Source: Gammaproteobacteria bacterium (lineage in GTDB: Bacteria > Pseudomonadota > Gammaproteobacteria > Steroidobacterales > Rariloculaceae). From it: a stretch of 45,583 bases of DNA. The notes under the pieces were generated by a model, which saw only the letters and a program-made list of their open reading frames with translations, was not told where the DNA came from and did no database searches. The position numbers and the translations under genes were made by a program. Where the stretch lies: positions 1 to 45,583 of the forward strand of contig JAQWRR010000094.1 in NCBI GenBank assembly GCA_029243585.1, read 5' to 3'. Position 1 is the first letter of the stretch. Every line of letters starts with the position of its first letter. Shown piece by piece: positions 1 through 9,284 of this stretch.

Positions 1-935
1 TACTCAAGATCACTATCTAACCAAGTTGTGACAGCCTCCAAAGTAGCAAATTCACTTAACTGCCAAGACCCTCGCAAAGCTAGGGCCAGAGTATCCTGAT
101 TATCTTGTCCTGGCCTGTCTGATAATGTTGTTCTGGAGTTATCCAAGGTAAAAGCATCGTAACCATTATTACTATCAAAATAGAAAGCTGTCACTTCATA
201 ACTCGAACTGTCCGTTGGCTGAAACTCCATAGTTGCTCGAATCGTGGTTTCATCGTAACCATTAGTACTGGAGCGCCCTAGGTGGGCATTTTTCATGTAC
301 CCGTCTCCCTTATTCTTGTGCACTGAAAGTCGCCCTGATGCACCATTACTAATAGGACCACTGATTACACCGCCAGCGCTCTGACTTCCATAATCCCCTA
401 TGCCAACCTCTGCATAACCCTCAAAACGGTCTGTTGGACGATTACTTCGAATATTTACTATCCCTGCTAAAGCACTTGTTCCAAATTGAGTTCCTTGTGG
501 CCCCCGAGAAATTTCAACTTGCTCAACATCAAAGAGCATCCCTGCATTTGCAGTGCCTCCAAAATTAATATCATCAATCAAGATTCCAACCGACGGGAAA
601 TGTTTAGGATCAACAAACTGCTCTAGATCGCCAACACCTCGAATCTGTACAAAACGAGAACGGGATGCTCCACCGGAATAGTTAACATTCGGTGAGATAT
701 TAAGCGCCGACTCTAAGTGCTGTGCCCCACGACTTTTCACGAGAGACTCATCAATGACTGTAATGCTACCCGGACTTGTCATGAGACCCTGCTCCCGAAA
801 ACCAGCAGTAACCACAACTTCTTCAAGCGGAGAAAGGTTGCTCTGCGCTAAAATACTATAAGGCGAAAAACCAAAAATAATGAGCAATAAAAATAGGCTA
901 TGCCTGAACAGGCAACATGATCGAGTACTTCTCAA
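1..935 (-). CDS. TonB-dependent receptor, N-terminal part (runs off the left edge); probably thiamine/precursor uptake
   Basis: Not in the ORF track. Manual translation from TTG at 935, preceded by AGGAG: MRSTRSCCLFRHSLFLLLIIFGFSPYSILAQSNLSPLEEVVVTAGFREQ... Contains a signal peptide, a TonB-box-like LEEVVVTA and the plug motifs IRGVG and VEISRGPQGTQFG. The same frame still reads as protein at position 1. Lies downstream of a TPP riboswitch. Confidence 0.92.
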   Translation of the reverse strand, partial: MRSTRSCCLFRHSLFLLLIIFGFSPYSILAQSNLSPLEEVVVTAGFREQGLMTSPGSITVIDESLVKSRGAQHLESALNISPNVNYSGGASRSRFVQIRGVGDLEQFVDPKHFPSVGILIDDINFGGTANAGMLFDVEQVEISRGPQGTQFGTSALAGIVNIRSNRPTDRFEGYAEVGIGDYGSQSAGGVISGPISNGASGRLSVHKNKGDGYMKNAHLGRSSTNGYDETTIRATMEFQPTDSSSYEVTAFYFDSNNGYDAFTLDNSRTTLSDRPGQDNQDTLALALRGSWQLSEFATLEAVTTWLDSDLE

Positions 936-999
936 AACCGATCTCCTAAAAAATACGAGAGATCCAGTCCGTATCGCGAGTGGAGATTCTTATAGAAAT

Positions 1000-1095
1000 T
1001 TCCGTCCCTTCGCCGGTACTAACCGGATCAGGTTCAAAGGGTTAGCTAAACTTTTAGTTAGCTTCTCAGGTTGTTTCCAACCACCCCTCGGCCGC
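1000..1095 (-). promoter_or_regulatory. TPP (THI-box) riboswitch
   Basis: Minus strand reads ccgAGGGGtggttggaaacaacCTGAGAagctaac...ttagctaACCCtttGAACCTGATCCGGttagtACCGGCGAAGGGAcgg, which has all conserved TPP aptamer elements. A downstream hairpin, GAUCUCU(964-958)/GGAGAUC(946-940), can sequester the SD. Confidence 0.96.
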
Positions 1096-1107
1096 TGAAG
1101 TCGTTAT

Positions 1108-1638
1108 TTAACCCTTCTCTTTCAGTCTAGGCAAGAGCTCCACAAGATTACAGGGTCTAGTTCTATAATCCAGTTGCAAAGAAATGATCTTATTCCACCC
1201 TGTCATGCATGCATTAGTAGAACCAGGGAGACAGAAGACATAAGTGCCATTTGCTACCCCTGCGAGGCATCTAGACTGCAGACTGGAAGTGCCGATTTCT
1301 TCATATGAAAGCGACCGAAACAGCTCCCCAAAACCAGCAATTGTCTTTTCAAGCAGAGGTTCAACCGCCTCTGGAGTTCCATCTCTTCCTGTAACTCCTG
1401 TACCACCTGTAGAAATAATCACCTCAACAACTTCATCAGCGAGCCATTTTGATATTTGTCCACTTATCTCATTAAGGTTGTCCTTAACTATAACCTTCTC
1501 GTATAACAGATGACCTGCGTCTGTTAAACACTCCACTAGTTGCGCACCTGAAAAATCACTACTGTCATCTCGCGTATCAGAAATAGTGAGTATGGCAATA
1601 TTCAACGGTATGAATTCTCTGTTTATTGTCTGAGACAT
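1108..1638 (-). CDS. moaB: Molybdenum cofactor biosynthesis protein B
   Basis: [24 protein letters not shown] and RTRPCN motifs, collinear with the MoaB family. Confidence 0.93.
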   Translation of the reverse strand: MSQTINREFIPLNIAILTISDTRDDSSDFSGAQLVECLTDAGHLLYEKVIVKDNLNEISGQISKWLADEVVEVIISTGGTGVTGRDGTPEAVEPLLEKTIAGFGELFRSLSYEEIGTSSLQSRCLAGVANGTYVFCLPGSTNACMTGWNKIISLQLDYRTRPCNLVELLPRLKEKG

Positions 1639-1750
1639 TTGCTACATATACTTTAAATTTTTTGCTTAACTAATCGAGCAACAACAAAGAATTTAATGCT
1701 ATTCACAATAATCCTTTTCGCTTTTAGACAGGTACTTCTGAAAATAAAGA

Positions 1751-2158
1751 TTAGGCATCGGTAATAGCCATAAGATCAACTTCAATCAAAAAATCGGGAT
1801 CAGCTAATGCTGTCACCCCAATCAATGTTGTTGGCGGCGGGTTGTTTGGATCCCCATATTTAGGCGCACCCTCACCTCGAGTTTGATTTTTAAACTTATC
1901 GACATCAAGCACAAAGATGCGTTGAAATACCACATCATCCCAACCGGCTTCAGCGGCCTTAAGCTGTATTTCTAAGTTTTCCATTACTGTAATGTATTGT
2001 GCGCGGTAATCTCCTATAGAAACAGCATTATAGTTCCCATCCGATGGAGTTTGTCCTGCAATGAAAATTAGTTTCATTGGTCCTTTCACAGTAATAATTC
2101 GTGTGAAATTTGGATGTTTATACAGGCCTTTTGGGTTAATTCTTTCGATTTCCATCAT
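1751..2158 (-). CDS. Rid (YjgF/YER057c/UK114) family protein, Arg-less subgroup
   Basis: IFIAGQ motif, NLEIQLKAA, and C-terminal PPPTTLIGVTALADPDFLIEVD. Confidence 0.85.
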   Translation of the reverse strand: MMEIERINPKGLYKHPNFTRIITVKGPMKLIFIAGQTPSDGNYNAVSIGDYRAQYITVMENLEIQLKAAEAGWDDVVFQRIFVLDVDKFKNQTRGEGAPKYGDPNNPPPTTLIGVTALADPDFLIEVDLMAITDA

Positions 2159-2207
2159 AATTGATCCATGATTTTTACGAAGGCAGGAAGATCTGTCCTG
2201 CTATTCC

Positions 2208-2672
2208 TTAAACTCTATTTCCTTCCATAGATTTTCGATTATCTAATGCGAGCCAATTCTGGCCAATTAAAGCAAGTAGGACCCAATAATAAAATCCATA
2301 ATGCATAACAATATGAACACCACCCCAGTTTTGCCGAACGGTATGCCCAAACATAAGAACGACATAGAAAGAAATCCCTGCTAATAAAGCCCAGCGTGTA
2401 TAAAACCCTAAAAGGGTCATGGCGCCTAATACCACCTCAATGTACGGAATCAAGTTTAGAAAAACATGAACAAGTGTCATTGGTAAAAATGTACTCTCAA
2501 ACGTAGCAGCCATGGGCTCTTCCCATACAGCTACCCCACCTGTCTGAATAATTCGCATAAAGCCATGAAAAAATAGATTGATCCCCAACAGAATACGCAT
2601 AAAAAAATAGCCAATCTGCATGTTTGTTGGAGAGGGTCCTGCGGTCAGTTCATCTAAAAAATTATTGTTCAT
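2208..2672 (-). CDS. DoxX family membrane protein
   Basis: About four hydrophobic helices; RILLG..FFHG, E..LG...LLGFYTR and ALD motifs. Confidence 0.8.
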   Translation of the reverse strand: MNNNFLDELTAGPSPTNMQIGYFFMRILLGINLFFHGFMRIIQTGGVAVWEEPMAATFESTFLPMTLVHVFLNLIPYIEVVLGAMTLLGFYTRWALLAGISFYVVLMFGHTVRQNWGGVHIVMHYGFYYWVLLALIGQNWLALDNRKSMEGNRV

Positions 2673-2865
2673 TACTACCCCTTTAATGGATTACGATCAG
2701 ATTTGCGTGTACAAGCTTATGCTCGATGAGTCAGTCAAAAAATGGTGCGCCCTAAGAACATTCTGATCAACCCAATCAGAGCCAACCAATTAATATAATC
2801 ATTAGTCAAGACAGGGTTCTATTAAACCAACTAATGTTGTAACTAGGGTCTCTGACCAAGAACTG

Positions 2866-2898
2866 ATGAAAAATCAAAGTGAAGCAATTGCTTTGATT
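2866..2898 (-). terminator. Possible intrinsic terminator after the deacetylase gene
   Basis: Minus strand AATCAAAG-(11 nt)-CTTTGATT followed by TTT. The stem is AT-rich, so a weak candidate. Confidence 0.35.
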
Positions 2899-2932
2899 AA
2901 ACGTTATCTGAACGACGGCTAAACCAATAAGA

Positions 2933-3895
2933 TCACAAACCGGCCTGCTCACGCACCCATGTAGCTGCATCTTCTAGTGTGCCAAACCAAACGCCTTCCT
3001 TTGTCTTTATGTGTTGAATCAACCCTTCAAGGGCCACAATATTTGATCGATGTCCTATGACATGTGGATGCATCGTCAGAAGAAACATAGTTTGCTCTTC
3101 CCAAGCACGGTCAAATTCATCAATCCAGACCTGCAAGATGTCTCGGGGGTTCATATACCTATTGCCTATCGGGTTAAAAAATGGCGCATCGTCTAAAATC
3201 CAATCGACTGGCAATTCGACAAATCCAGTTGGTTCACCATTCTGCATAAGTTCGTACGGACGATCATCAGCAAACAAGGAACTTTCATATAAGAATCCCA
3301 TATCACGGATAATACTTAGCGTATTGGGACTATGATTCCAAGACGGTGCTCGATAACCAACCGGACGAGTACCGGTGATCTCTTCAATAGCATCAGTAGC
3401 CTGTCGAAGAAGCCGCGCCTCAGTCTCACCATCCAGGGCAGTGTTTGATTCATGAATCCATCCATGTACACCAATTTCATGTACACCAGGTGCCAAGATC
3501 ATATCAGCCTGTTCTGGAGCTATTTTCAAGCTCCAGGCAGGGAAAAAAAATGTTGCAGGCACGTCCTCAGTTTCCAAAAGATCAAGTACTCGTGGAAGCG
3601 CTACCCGAGAGCCATACTGACCTGCAGAAAGGGTGCCCACACTAGGATCGCCTGTACGTAATCCCTTCACCGTCTCATTATCAACATCAAATGAAAACAG
3701 AACAGCGACCCTCGTATCACCAGGCCAGCTTGACGGGTTCAGGTCACGACCAGCTCGAACCTGATTAACCACAGAGTGCACGTAGTCATCGGACCAGTTC
3801 CACGGCTCAGAAGGATTTTCTTCCTGAGCTAAAACTATAGGCAAAGTCCATAATACGACAAGAGCACAACAGAACGTGCGCATCAGAACATTCAT
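2933..3895 (-). CDS. Exported polysaccharide deacetylase (CE4, PuuE/PgdA-like)
   Basis: Signal peptide (VLA|Q); CE4 motifs FSFDVD, HEIGVHGWIH, GYRAP and LTMHPH. Confidence 0.85.
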   Translation of the reverse strand: MNVLMRTFCCALVVLWTLPIVLAQEENPSEPWNWSDDYVHSVVNQVRAGRDLNPSSWPGDTRVAVLFSFDVDNETVKGLRTGDPSVGTLSAGQYGSRVALPRVLDLLETEDVPATFFFPAWSLKIAPEQADMILAPGVHEIGVHGWIHESNTALDGETEARLLRQATDAIEEITGTRPVGYRAPSWNHSPNTLSIIRDMGFLYESSLFADDRPYELMQNGEPTGFVELPVDWILDDAPFFNPIGNRYMNPRDILQVWIDEFDRAWEEQTMFLLTMHPHVIGHRSNIVALEGLIQHIKTKEGVWFGTLEDAATWVREQAGL

Positions 3896-3925
3896 ATTTA
3901 TCCTTTCTTCCTTGGTGAAAATACC

Positions 3926-6310
3926 TCAATCATTATCGGGACTTAAAGTAAGCCGATGGGCTGCCCTATCCTCAACAGCTCCCCGCGTGTACAAGAGTGG
4001 GAAATAATCTCCGTTTCCTAGTGTCTCAGTAAGATCGCCATAAAAGGGACTACCCGGTTGTGCAGATTGCCCTGGGGCGTTAGTAGCAATAGAGCGATCC
4101 AAATCTGCTAAGTCTATTATCCGTCGAAAATTTGCCCCTGTAGCATTGAGACTCCCAAACCCACCTGGTCGCTCAACTGCTGGCAAATCAAAATCGGGGA
4201 TAAACATGTGCTGGAGTGGACTTGCATGTACTCTTCCATGTCGCCATTGATCGCGATCAGGTCCAAGCTCCACTGTTAAGCGGTCAATGGCAGACCGAAG
4301 GCCCGCCTCTATAAACATACGGCGTTGTGATAACTGCATATCAGTATGTCTGGCTCTTTCATCGACCTCCTCATTCCATCGGACATACATGGCACCTGCC
4401 GTACTCTCCTTAGAAAGCTTTGCATCCCATGATTCAATCAAATCTCGCGCCCAATCAATATCGGGATCTGACGAAACCCACCCACTAAACAGTGGAATAT
4501 CCCTTTCGGCTGCGAGCAAGTAATCATCTTGTTGAATTTGAATGTGTTCCTCGATTGTGGGCGCCTCAAAAGAACCTAAAACTTGATGAAGGCGGGTTAT
4601 ACGAGAAGTTTCCACTCCCTCTGAGGAGTGGTAAAAAACCGGCCTACCTTCATAACCAGGCGGATGGACATTATTGTTAGCGGTAGCAATGTATCCTCGT
4701 TCCGGGTTGAACTCTCTAGGAAGATCTGTTCGGAAACCAAGCCACTCATATTCTCCTGTTCCCGGCACAGGCAAACGCCCGTTCCAACCATTACGATCTG
4801 GAGTGAACCCGGTCACTTGCAATGCAATATTGCCATCAACATCCCCACAGATCAGGCTATGACTAGGCACCAACCAGTGCATTGCAAGCTCAAAAAAATC
4901 TTCGCAGCTCTCTGCCTGCGCTAACTGAAAACTACCTTTATAAGCTGCTGTTCCATGTTCCTGAACGACCGAACGAACGGAATAGGCATGACGACTATTC
5001 AGATCCTCATAAAAAACAGGTCCATGTCGACTAAATTTCAAGATAACAGGTTCGGGGTCCTGCCCTTTCACCAGAATATCTTCTTCAATAATACGAAGAG
5101 GTTCCCAACTATCCTGCCAACGCATAAGATTTGGATCTTCAGGATGAACCTCTTCAACAAACACATCTACCATATCAGTTCCAGCAAAGGTAAAGCCCCA
5201 TGCTATATGTTCGTTGTTTCCTGCATCTACCCCAGCAAATGGGGGCTCTCCCCCTCCAATTACATTCCACCCTGGAGCAATCAGGTGAATAAAGTACCGA
5301 AGGGCTGGCATTTCAATACGTCTATGAGGATCATTAACTAGGATTGGGACGCCCGTTGGCGAACGGCTTGGGCTCATAACCCAGTTATTACTGCCCTCCG
5401 TTGCAATCGGCAATGGAGACACTTGTGCAACTCGCACTTCCCCAGATTCCACCAGGTCTTTATAAGGCTCAATAATCTCGAGTGGTGGAAGTCTTCCTGC
5501 TACAAAAGGGTCATCATCACCTGCACGCATAGCCTCAAGTAGTTCTTCCGTAAAAAGATTTATATCTAAACCGTCTGGCACTACTAAATCATCCCATGGA
5601 TCTGGTGCTGCAAGTCGATTGGCTTCCTCAACACCATAACGGGCAACATTTAGTGCAAGTTCTACTTCATTAATAGCATGTCCACGAACGCTTGGTACTG
5701 CGAGCGATGCCCAACGCAAAAGATTAGTCTCTGCCGTCCATGGTTCCGGTATAACCCCTGTTAGTTGAAACTCCACAGGAAGGTTATCTCTATTAGTCTC
5801 GATATAGGCATTAACTCCGTTAGCATGTGCCATAAATAAATTTTTAGCGTCAGGATGATAACTATCCCATTCATCCTCATTAAAGGGACCACGGAACATC
5901 ATCAATCGGGCACGACGGTCATAATCAAGCGCTGCAGGACCAAAAATTTCAGCAAGACGTCCTTCTCGCCATCGCCGCCACATTTCCATCTGCCAAAGCC
6001 GATCTTGGGCCATGATGTACCCTTGCGCAAAAAACAGATCTTGATCATTTTGAGCATATATATGCGGAATACCCCACTCATCACGGATAACCTCAACTGG
6101 CTCCATCAAGCCGTTGATCTCAATCTCACCCTCTATCTGGGCAAGCGCATTCATTGCAAGGCTTTCCAATGATTGGGGAGAATCTGGAGAAGTACAACCA
6201 ACAATAATTGTAGATAAGGTAATAATTACAATCTTCGTAAAATGATTGAATACTTGTTGATTAGCTAATTTAAAATCTAATATCTGCTTAAGTTTTATCA
6301 TATTTTTCAC
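3926..6310 (-). CDS. Penicillin acylase family Ntn-hydrolase, probable lipoprotein
   Basis: RDEWGIPHIYA, AQDRLWQM, GSNNW (nucleophile Ser), NDPH, HGP and ATANN motifs; lipobox-like IIVGC. Start codon uncertain. Confidence 0.92.
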   Translation of the reverse strand: MKNMIKLKQILDFKLANQQVFNHFTKIVIITLSTIIVGCTSPDSPQSLESLAMNALAQIEGEIEINGLMEPVEVIRDEWGIPHIYAQNDQDLFFAQGYIMAQDRLWQMEMWRRWREGRLAEIFGPAALDYDRRARLMMFRGPFNEDEWDSYHPDAKNLFMAHANGVNAYIETNRDNLPVEFQLTGVIPEPWTAETNLLRWASLAVPSVRGHAINEVELALNVARYGVEEANRLAAPDPWDDLVVPDGLDINLFTEELLEAMRAGDDDPFVAGRLPPLEIIEPYKDLVESGEVRVAQVSPLPIATEGSNNWVMSPSRSPTGVPILVNDPHRRIEMPALRYFIHLIAPGWNVIGGGEPPFAGVDAGNNEHIAWGFTFAGTDMVDVFVEEVHPEDPNLMRWQDSWEPLRIIEEDILVKGQDPEPVILKFSRHGPVFYEDLNSRHAYSVRSVVQEHGTAAYKGSFQLAQAESCEDFFELAMHWLVPSHSLICGDVDGNIALQVTGFTPDRNGWNGRLPVPGTGEYEWLGFRTDLPREFNPERGYIATANNNVHPPGYEGRPVFYHSSEGVETSRITRLHQVLGSFEAPTIEEHIQIQQDDYLLAAERDIPLFSGWVSSDPDIDWARDLIESWDAKLSKESTAGAMYVRWNEEVDERARHTDMQLSQRRMFIEAGLRSAIDRLTVELGPDRDQWRHGRVHASPLQHMFIPDFDLPAVERPGGFGSLNATGANFRRIIDLADLDRSIATNAPGQSAQPGSPFYGDLTETLGNGDYFPLLYTRGAVEDRAAHRLTLSPDND

Positions 6311-7494
6311 TAGTTTCTAGCCTGGTCATCTTCGAAATTAATAACAGCATCTTCAAACTCGGTAAAAGACTCGTCGTCTAGACAAACAGATTCCTCTAAT
6401 TGCCAGTCAACCGTTTCAAAAACCCGACGCACTGTCCAAGGCTCAGGATATGCAATAGGATCTTCAACCGTTATATCAATAGCCAACTCATTTTCCCCAG
6501 TTCTTTGGATACGTTCAATAACACGGAGTTGGTCACTGTGGGGAAGACCACGCCGATCAACCCAGGTTTTGTCATTAAAGTTTCGTGTATCAATAACAAG
6601 GACATCATCATCCCAATACCCTATCGATTCGCCCATCCAAGATGGCGGTCTACCTTGGCGATGTTCGCGTCCATCCGTATATACCTGGCGTACCCAACCC
6701 TGATACTCGTATGAAAGCATTACTCGATTGGGTGTCTGAATAATCTCAAATGGTGCGGGGTGCGCATAAATCCTTGGCACACCTGGAGGGAGACATTGGT
6801 AGGCGGGGTCATTTGTTTCTCCAACAGCAACTCCGCGAGGTCCAAAAGTGGGCCTCGAGTGATCAAAGCGTTCCCTTGCCCATGCTGTCATAGCAGGTAA
6901 ATCCTCTGTAAATGCGTAGTTCTGCCATGAAGCGTTGTAATTCCACTTCCACATCCCAGTAAGATCTGACCCATGACCCACCTGCTCTGCAGACATCACT
7001 TGGGTCGCAACAGGGCTAGCTACACGCCCCAGAGTTGTTCCACCCAATAGTGCGACACCGTTAGCGTCTATGATTCTGCGTATACGCATTGATGGAGCAC
7101 CGTTTCTAGCAATTTCACCTGAAATTTCAATTGCATCACCTCGTCGAAGCGTTTCAGTTGTCCAACGGACGATATTGCTTGCTCCCCCACCACCAACACC
7201 ACGCGCTAATCTATTGGGGGTAGTCATTTCCCCCGACCATTCCACTGTCTCACCCCCTTCTCCTTCTACGGAAAAGTAAACAAGCACATGCGGATATACA
7301 AACCGGAATTGAGTTACTTCCCCACGAAAGGTAACCTCTTGAGTCAAGTCATATACAGCCCCGCCATGGTGTGCTTTTAGGCTTAAGCTAAAGCCTAAAA
7401 GCCCAACTATCGCTAGGTTCAATAAGGACCTGAATATCATCTCAATTTTCATAATTATTCTCTGAGAGCAGATCTTATACACAGTGTACTCCAT
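6310..7494 (-). CDS. Exported hypothetical protein: DUF6152-like N-terminal domain fused to a conserved uncharacterised C-terminal domain
   Basis: Signal peptide ending LKA|HHG..YD; N-domain G.V..F...YPH...W..E; C-domain CLPPGVPR, GESIGYWDDDVLVIDT, HSDQLRVIER and DP..Y..PW. True start is probably downstream of 7494. Confidence 0.7.
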   Translation of the reverse strand: MEYTVYKICSQRIIMKIEMIFRSLLNLAIVGLLGFSLSLKAHHGGAVYDLTQEVTFRGEVTQFRFVYPHVLVYFSVEGEGGETVEWSGEMTTPNRLARGVGGGGASNIVRWTTETLRRGDAIEISGEIARNGAPSMRIRRIIDANGVALLGGTTLGRVASPVATQVMSAEQVGHGSDLTGMWKWNYNASWQNYAFTEDLPAMTAWARERFDHSRPTFGPRGVAVGETNDPAYQCLPPGVPRIYAHPAPFEIIQTPNRVMLSYEYQGWVRQVYTDGREHRQGRPPSWMGESIGYWDDDVLVIDTRNFNDKTWVDRRGLPHSDQLRVIERIQRTGENELAIDITVEDPIAYPEPWTVRRVFETVDWQLEESVCLDDESFTEFEDAVINFEDDQARN

Positions 7495-7527
7495 GATTGG
7501 TGTTCTTCGCTCATAGATGAACCCTGT

Positions 7528-8007
7528 CTAACAAGGAACAACAGGCATAAAAACAGTCTTTAGCTCACGAGTTAAGCGAATTGCATCCTCTTGACCAGCA
7601 TAATATCCATGTTTTAAATCTAGCTCAGAAAACCCGTATTTTTTATAGAAATTAATAGCCTTATTATTAGAAGCTCGCACCTCAAGGCACATAAAATAAC
7701 ACCCAGCTGTTTGAGCAGAAGATTCAAGCCATTTTAGAAGCTTTCTACCAACACCTTGACGTTGGTATCCAGGATGAACAGCGAACAAATTAAGGTGCAC
7801 CTTCTCATCGCAAAATTCGGCAATAGCAAACCCAGCTATACGTCGAACATCTCGAGCTACAAGCACCACGCAGTCAGAATCAAAAATGCACCTAGAGATT
7901 CTATCTTCATCCCATAAACATGGGATTCCATGCTCAATCAAGTTCCGTGACATGGAGGCTATAACTGAAACCTCATGTCGTCGCCCAAGCCCTAAACGAA
8001 TACGCAC
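7528..8007 (-). CDS. RimI-like GNAT N-acetyltransferase
   Basis: AVHPGYQRQGVG, LEVRASN, FYKKYGF and YYAGQEDA motifs. Confidence 0.85.
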   Translation of the reverse strand: MRIRLGLGRRHEVSVIASMSRNLIEHGIPCLWDEDRISRCIFDSDCVVLVARDVRRIAGFAIAEFCDEKVHLNLFAVHPGYQRQGVGRKLLKWLESSAQTAGCYFMCLEVRASNNKAINFYKKYGFSELDLKHGYYAGQEDAIRLTRELKTVFMPVVPC

Positions 8008-8177
8008 CGATCTCTACCTCTACTAAAATTATTTGATGTAACGTAAACAATCATGGTCTAGGGTAACTTATTCTTAAAGCATATGAAGAATTGAGGATTT
8101 CCACTAAAAAACACTAGATAAGCGTGAAAGAGTTATATAGATAATAGATTTTTCAATACCTGAGTTATAGTTACCTA

Positions 8178-8801
8178 ATGTCTAACTTAGGCCATCATCA
8201 ATCTAGTGGTCTCTGGAGCGTAATTCTAGCCGCTGGGGACTCCAGTCGGCTAAAAATGCCTAAGCAGCTTGTTCGATACCGCTCCCAATTTCTGCTAAGC
8301 CATGCTATTAACTCTGCTGAGATTGTGACGCCTGGCCAGGTACTTGTGGTACTAGGCTCACACGCATTAAAACTGGGTTTGCTACTTAAACGTCACCACC
8401 CAAACACACACTCACTCACTAATACTGACTGGAAAAAAGGAATGGGTAGTTCTCTTTCAGCAGGTATTTCTATGATGCCTGAAAGCACCAAGGCAGCGCT
8501 CATTCTAGTATCTGATCAACCCTATGTAGGTACTAAATCACTGAATCGACTTGTACAAACATGGCAGCGACATCCAAATCACGTAGCTGCAGCGTATTAC
8601 AAAAGCAATGTTGGTGTTCCAGCAATTTTACCAAGGAAATTTTGGTCTAAGGCAAAAAAATTATCAGGTGATACTGGAGCCCGAGAATTTTTACGGGACA
8701 GCGCTACGCCTGTAAGCAGGGTCCCAATGCCAGAAGCTATATTTGATATAGACACACAAAAGGATGTGGAAAATTTAAAAAATAGACCCCCCCCTACTTA
8801 A
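8178..8801 (+). CDS. mocA: MocA/YgfJ-like nucleotidyltransferase (probable Moco cytidylyltransferase)
   Basis: ILAAG.SSR...PKQL, W..GMGSS, DQP, GDTGAR and DIDT motifs; next to the moa genes, with xdhC in the region. Confidence 0.78.
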   Translation: MSNLGHHQSSGLWSVILAAGDSSRLKMPKQLVRYRSQFLLSHAINSAEIVTPGQVLVVLGSHALKLGLLLKRHHPNTHSLTNTDWKKGMGSSLSAGISMMPESTKAALILVSDQPYVGTKSLNRLVQTWQRHPNHVAAAYYKSNVGVPAILPRKFWSKAKKLSGDTGAREFLRDSATPVSRVPMPEAIFDIDTQKDVENLKNRPPPT

Positions 8802-8834
8802 GCTAAAGTATCAAAGCGATCCTAATTAGAAGCT

Positions 8835-9269
8835 TTAGTCCTTTGCAGTAAGGCAGTTAATCCAATCAGAATCACCATCCTGGTAGTGTTCTTTCTTCCA
8901 GATGGGAAGCCGCTGTTTTAATTCATCAATGATATAGCGACAACCATCAAAAGCTGGACCGCGATGTTGCGCGCTTACTCCTACCCAAACTGCACAATCA
9001 CCAATCTCTAGATGACCAATACGATGGAAGCTTGTAGCGGCTACCAACTTATAACGATCAATCGCTTCTATAAGAATTTTTTCTCCTTCACTGGTAGCAA
9101 CCACACCATGTGCTTCGTAATCAAGAGAATTGACGTTCTTACCATCATTAAGGTTCCGAACCCAACCCTCAAAGGATGCATAGGCACCAGCAGAATCATC
9201 TCGAAGAGTCTGATTGAGAATAGCAATATCGATCGGTTCATTCGTAATTTTAAAATTAGATCTGGACAT
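8835..9269 (-). CDS. moaE: Molybdopterin synthase catalytic subunit
   Basis: GAYASFEGWVRN, HRIGHL, HR..AF and PIWKKE motifs. Confidence 0.95.
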   Translation of the reverse strand: MSRSNFKITNEPIDIAILNQTLRDDSAGAYASFEGWVRNLNDGKNVNSLDYEAHGVVATSEGEKILIEAIDRYKLVAATSFHRIGHLEIGDCAVWVGVSAQHRGPAFDGCRYIIDELKQRLPIWKKEHYQDGDSDWINCLTAKD

Positions 9270-9284
9270 GTATAAAGAATACTT

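Noticed and set aside
880-1098. 72-aa plus-strand ORF
   Set aside because: Antisense to the TPP riboswitch and the receptor start; no recognisable motif.
2737-2780. Minus-strand GGGCGCACCA followed by a T-run resembles a tRNA 3' end (possible att remnant), next to a TCTGATT/GATCAGA hairpin
   Set aside because: Only 10 bp, with no T-loop (GTTCGA), no cloverleaf, no integrase and no second copy as a direct repeat; compatible with chance.
8125-8172. Possible ModE box upstream of the mocA-like gene (GTTATATA; GAGTTATA twice)
   Set aside because: Only one half-site; the symmetric TATATAAC arm is missing.
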